A stretch of DNA of 64,000 nt from an uncultured delta proteobacterium. Lineage in GTDB: Bacteria; Desulfobacterota; RBG-13-43-22. The notes beneath the pieces are model-generated. The model ran no database searches, was not told where the DNA came from, and saw nothing but the letters and a program-made list of their open reading frames with translations. A program made the translations under genes and the position numbers. The stretch covers positions 128,001 through 192,000 of the forward strand of contig CAWDKY010000015.1 of assembly GCA_963802945.1 (NCBI GenBank). Direction: 5' to 3'. This document shows, piece after piece, positions 60,536-64,000 of the stretch; positions within the stretch are counted from its first letter, which is position 1; each line of letters starts with the position of its first letter.

Positions 60536-60619
60536 AAAATTTTCAAAGCAAAGGCAAGGGAGAAAATTTCACGACTTTTAAAAAAAATTATTTTTTTTTA
60601 AAAAAAATGCATTTTTTTC

Positions 60620-60648
60620 TTGACATACTATATATAGTTGTTTAGAAT
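60620..60648 (+). promoter_or_regulatory. Near-consensus sigma70 promoter
   Basis: TTGACA-17 nt-TAGAAT preceded by a long A/T tract. Confidence 0.75.
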
Positions 60649-60685
60649 TTCCCCAAATACAATATATAGGAAAGGAGGAACTATC

Positions 60686-60867
60686 ATGGCAGCAACCAAA
60701 AAAGCAAAGGCTCCGGCAAAAAAGACTGTGAAAGGCCGCTCCCAAGAAAGCGCAAAACAGCAAAGAGCCCAAGCAAAAAGGCAATAGCCAAGAAGCCGGC
60801 TAAAAAAGCCCCGGCCAAAAAGGCTCCTGCCAAAAAGGCCAAGAAAGCCCCGGCCAAAAAGAAATAA
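60686..60867 (+). CDS. Histone H1-like Lys/Ala/Pro-rich microprotein (two +1 frameshifts)
   Basis: RBS aggagg; MAATKKAKAPAKKTVK...KKPAKKAPAKKAPAKKAKKAPAKKK*. Confidence 0.7.
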
Positions 60868-60920
60868 CCTTCTGGTTGTTGTGCTGTTGGGTAGTTAAAT
60901 AGTTACTTAACCTCTTAAAG

Positions 60921-60975
60921 GGAAGGAGGGAATTTCTTCCGTTGGAAGAAATTTCGATTTACCTTCCTTTTTTTT
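60921..60975. terminator. Hairpin/terminator between convergent genes
   Basis: ggaagg..aatttcttcc-gtt-ggaagaaatt..ccttcc followed by a T run. Confidence 0.55.
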
Positions 60976-63070
60976 ATTTTATGGGCGGGCATTTTTCGAT
61001 TCGACAGGGAAAGGCCCGCAGATTGGGAGTTCCCATGGCCGGATCGAACGGTTCACCGGCTGTCAGGATATTGAGATTGGACCTGTCCCAGTCAAAAAGG
61101 GTCGAAAGCCCCTCTTCAGGAAACCACCAACCGTAATCCAGAAAAACAACCCGCGGATCCAACTTTCGGACAGATGGACTTTTTGCTCTATCCGTCCTTT
61201 AGGGGTTATGATGCGGGCCCAGTCCCCTTCGATCAAATCGAGAATCCTTGCCGCCGCCGGGTGGATCTCCACGATCGGTTCCGGATGTTTCTTGCGTAAA
61301 CTGGAAATCTGGCGATGGGCCGAATGAAAAAAATTGGAGTTTTTGCAGCTGGTAGCCAACAAAGGATATTCCAGAGAAACCCCGGGAAGTTCTGAAAAAG
61401 CCGGCAGAGGATCAAATCCCCAATTTTTAAGTTGTGTCTGAAAAAAGTTCCACTTTTTTTGAAGGCGTCTTAAATCCATCGGCTTCATATTTTTTGTAGC
61501 CCCCTTTTCCTTTAAGCACTCCCATTTCCTTAAACTGTTCATACTTCATCCCTGCAGGGGCCAAAACTTCATCCAAGGCCTCATGGTAGTCTTCCCAAAA
61601 ATGTTCACCATGACCCAAGGCCTTGCCCAACTCCATCAAGATCTTAATGTCCGGCCAGCTTTCTCCCGGAGGTTCGACAATCTTGGGACGAGCTGAAATC
61701 CAGCCCTGGGCCAGACCATAATGACCGATATCATCGAATTCAAAACCGGTGGCCGCCGGCAGGACGATATCCGCCAGGGCGGCGGTAGGGGTCATAAAGA
61801 TTTCCGAAACCACCAGAAGGTCGAGCTGCATCAAGGCCTCATAGGTTCGATGGGCATCACTGTTGGTGATCAGGGGATTGGTTGCCTGGGCCACCATAGC
61901 TCGGACAGGATAAGGGTGATGGGTCAGGATGGCTTGAACAACTATCGGTGGGGGAACAACCATAAAATTCGGAACAAGGTTGAAGGCCCGGTTCAACATC
62001 TTTTGGGCTTTGTCCGGCAGCAGATCGGCTTTGACAAAATCAGCCAGCCGGGCGACCGGAGGCATGGAAGGCATTATATTTCCACCCGGCACATCCAGGT
62101 TGCCGGTAATGGCCATCAAACAAAGCAGCGCCCGGCAGGTCTGCAGACTGTTGACGGTTTGCTCGATGGCATTGCCCCATTGGATGACAGCCGGTTGAGA
62201 GGTGGCGTAAATCCAGGCCGTTTGTATAATCTCTTCCGGCGTCAGCCAGGTGAGGTCGGCTACACGTTCCGGAGTAAATTCCGCAACCCGCTCTTTCAAT
62301 TCCTGAAAGCCCAAGGTCCATTGATTTACGAACTCCCGATCAAATAATCCTTCGCGAATAATAATATGAATCAGGCCCAGGGCCAGGGCAATGTCGCTTC
62401 CCGGTTTTATTTGAAGGTGGCTTTGAGCAATGGAAGCCAGATGGGTTTGCCTGGGATCAATGACGATCAGGTCGGCCCCTTTTTTTATTGACTGAAGCAG
62501 ATGCAGTGCAATGATCCCTTCCTCGTTGCTTTTAAGAAGATTGCTGCCCCAGTTTAAAATAAGACTGGTGGGAACCTCATAATCCGGAATCGGGAAAAAA
62601 CCCACGGTCAACAAGCCGGCGATTTCTCTGGGCAGGTGATAGACGTGTTGAGGACCACAGACATTGGGAGAACCGAAGACATTGGCTAACCGGATCAGGA
62701 CGAAATGCTCCAATCCTTTAGGGGCTCCTTGGGCAAAGACCACGGCTTCAGGACCATGTTCCCGTCGGATGTGGTTCAGCCGTTCGGCAACAAATTGAAG
62801 GGCCTCGGTCCAGGATATCGGTTTCCATCGGCCTTCACCGCGAGCCCCCTGTCGGAGTAACGGTCTGGTCAGACGATCGGGGTGTCTTGTTCGTTCAGCC
62901 GAGGCCAAGCCCTTGGGACATATATAGCCGTGGGAGATAGAACATTGAGGGTCTCCCTTGATGCTGACAATCCGGCCTTCTTGGACCTCGACCAATAGTC
63001 CACAACCCCCATGATCCATCCGTGAACAGTGGGTTTTAAAGATGCGAGAATTTTGGTTTCCATGTTTCAT
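60974..63070 (-). CDS. Molybdopterin (bisPGD) oxidoreductase, acetylene-hydratase-like; two frameshifts near C-terminus
   Basis: CSRMDHGGC...ICPKG, HPDRLTRPL, VIDPR, TGNLDVPGG, MTPTAALADIVLPA, FKTPSKKVELFS, FHSAHRQ, VEIHP, YGWWFPE. Confidence 0.85.
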
Positions 63071-63119
63071 CGGGGTTCCCTTTTAATTTAATTAAAGGCA
63101 TGCGGAAAAATTCATTATT

Positions 63120-63319
63120 ACAGGTTGCTCAAAAAGGTCCAGATATAAGGCGCCCGAAACCGGGAACCCGCCCCGAAGGGGTGGGACTGAGCGTTGCCCT
63201 TGACGCGAAGAAGTCCCGAGGAATGAGTCGTACATAGAAGTATGTCGCATAGCCTGCCCCGCTGAAAGGTGGGGAGGGATGAGGGCAACACAGGAGATGG
63301 GCCTTTTTCAGCAACCTGT
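63120..63319 (+). mobile_element. MITE-like repeat with 18-bp terminal inverted repeats
   Basis: acaggttgctcaaaaagg ... cctttttcagcaacctgt (17/18); homologous to 49160..49360. Confidence 0.75.
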
Positions 63320-63519
63320 TAAATTGAATCAATAATATTAGAATCCTTTCCTATCACAGAGTCAAGTTGTTTTAAAAAAGACATGATCAAAAATTTGAAG
63401 GAAAAAGAACCTAACTCTTGACAACAACATATCTATTATATTAGATTTTTTGAACCAAGTTTGAACAGTATCCGCTAGAACCTTAAAAATCGTGGCGGTC
63501 TCGTTATTGAGAGGTGAAG

Positions 63520-64000
63520 GTGTTGGATTTAGGAATCTTGGGTCAAATTCATTTTAACTTGGATTTTATAGTTGGCTTTTTTAGTATTATCCTTATCAAT
63601 CTCATGCTGTCCGGGGATAACGCCGTAGTTATTGCCCTGGCAGTTAGATCCCTGCCCAGAAAGCAACGCATAAGGGGCATTGCTTTTGGCAGCGCTTTGG
63701 CGGTCGTTTTAAGAGTGATTCTCACCTTTTTCGCCGTCAGACTTCTGGAAATTCAGTTTGTTAAATTCATCGGCGGCGCGTTAATTATCTGGATCTCCAT
63801 TAAATTATTTGTCGAAGGGACTGGAGAAAAAGATCCTCATAAAGAAGCTAAAACCATTTGGCAGGCCATCTGGGTGATTATTGTCGCCGATCTTACCATG
63901 TCCTTGGAAAACATTCTGGGTGTAGCCGCAGCTTCCAAAGGCAATCTGTTTCTGCTAATCTTCGGGCTCGGGTTGAGTATCCCTTTTGTCGTCTTCACCA
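63520..64000 (+). CDS. TerC/YjbE family membrane protein (runs off window)
   Basis: IILINLMLSGDNAVVIALAVRSLP...IIVADLTMSLENILGVAAA. Confidence 0.88.
   Translation, partial: MLDLGILGQIHFNLDFIVGFFSIILINLMLSGDNAVVIALAVRSLPRKQRIRGIAFGSALAVVLRVILTFFAVRLLEIQFVKFIGGALIIWISIKLFVEGTGEKDPHKEAKTIWQAIWVIIVADLTMSLENILGVAAASKGNLFLLIFGLGLSIPFVVFT

Noticed and set aside
63424-63519. yybP-ykoY Mn riboswitch upstream of the TerC gene
   Set aside because: Conserved GGGGAGUA..GAGACC elements are not visible
1-64000. CRISPR or other guide-RNA arrays, tRNA/rRNA, integrases, transposases, defence genes
   Set aside because: No regularly interspaced repeats with unique spacers or recognisable RNA genes or recombinase motifs were seen; the repeats found are short inverted arrays or dispersed pairs

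Overview
Bacterial genomic window that looks like Desulfobacterota (deltaproteobacteria), judging from ahbC, Sec usage and the repeat families. 1-16.2 kb holds the dcw cell-division cluster on the minus strand (mraZ-rsmH-ftsL-ftsI-murE-murF-mraY-murD-ftsW-murG-murC-murB-ftsQ-ftsA, no ddl), followed by a non-canonical ClpX-like ATPase and ahbC. About 19.7-47.3 kb is a mosaic accessory region: ftsH, ydiK, two tandem MerR-TetR hybrid regulators, a large acyl-CoA/lactone catabolic cluster with a Liv-type ABC transporter, patatin and hdeD. It contains gene remnants, a 422-bp duplication and two interleaved pairs of non-coding direct repeats. 47.5-64 kb carries DUF4301, nitroreductase, a CoA-transferase-like/GNAT fusion, a vWA+ATPase pair, an orphan GrdB/PrdB-like selenoprotein (in-frame UGA, UxxC, SECIS-like hairpin), ilvD, an AmmeMemoRadiSam-type radical SAM, a histone-H1-like microprotein, a Mo/W-bisPGD oxidoreductase and a TerC-family gene. 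Intergenic spaces are rich in inverted micro-repeat hairpins and MITE/REP-like elements. Many single-base (+1) frameshifts, including in essential genes, are best explained as sequencing/assembly errors. All calls come from manual motif reading; no database search was run.
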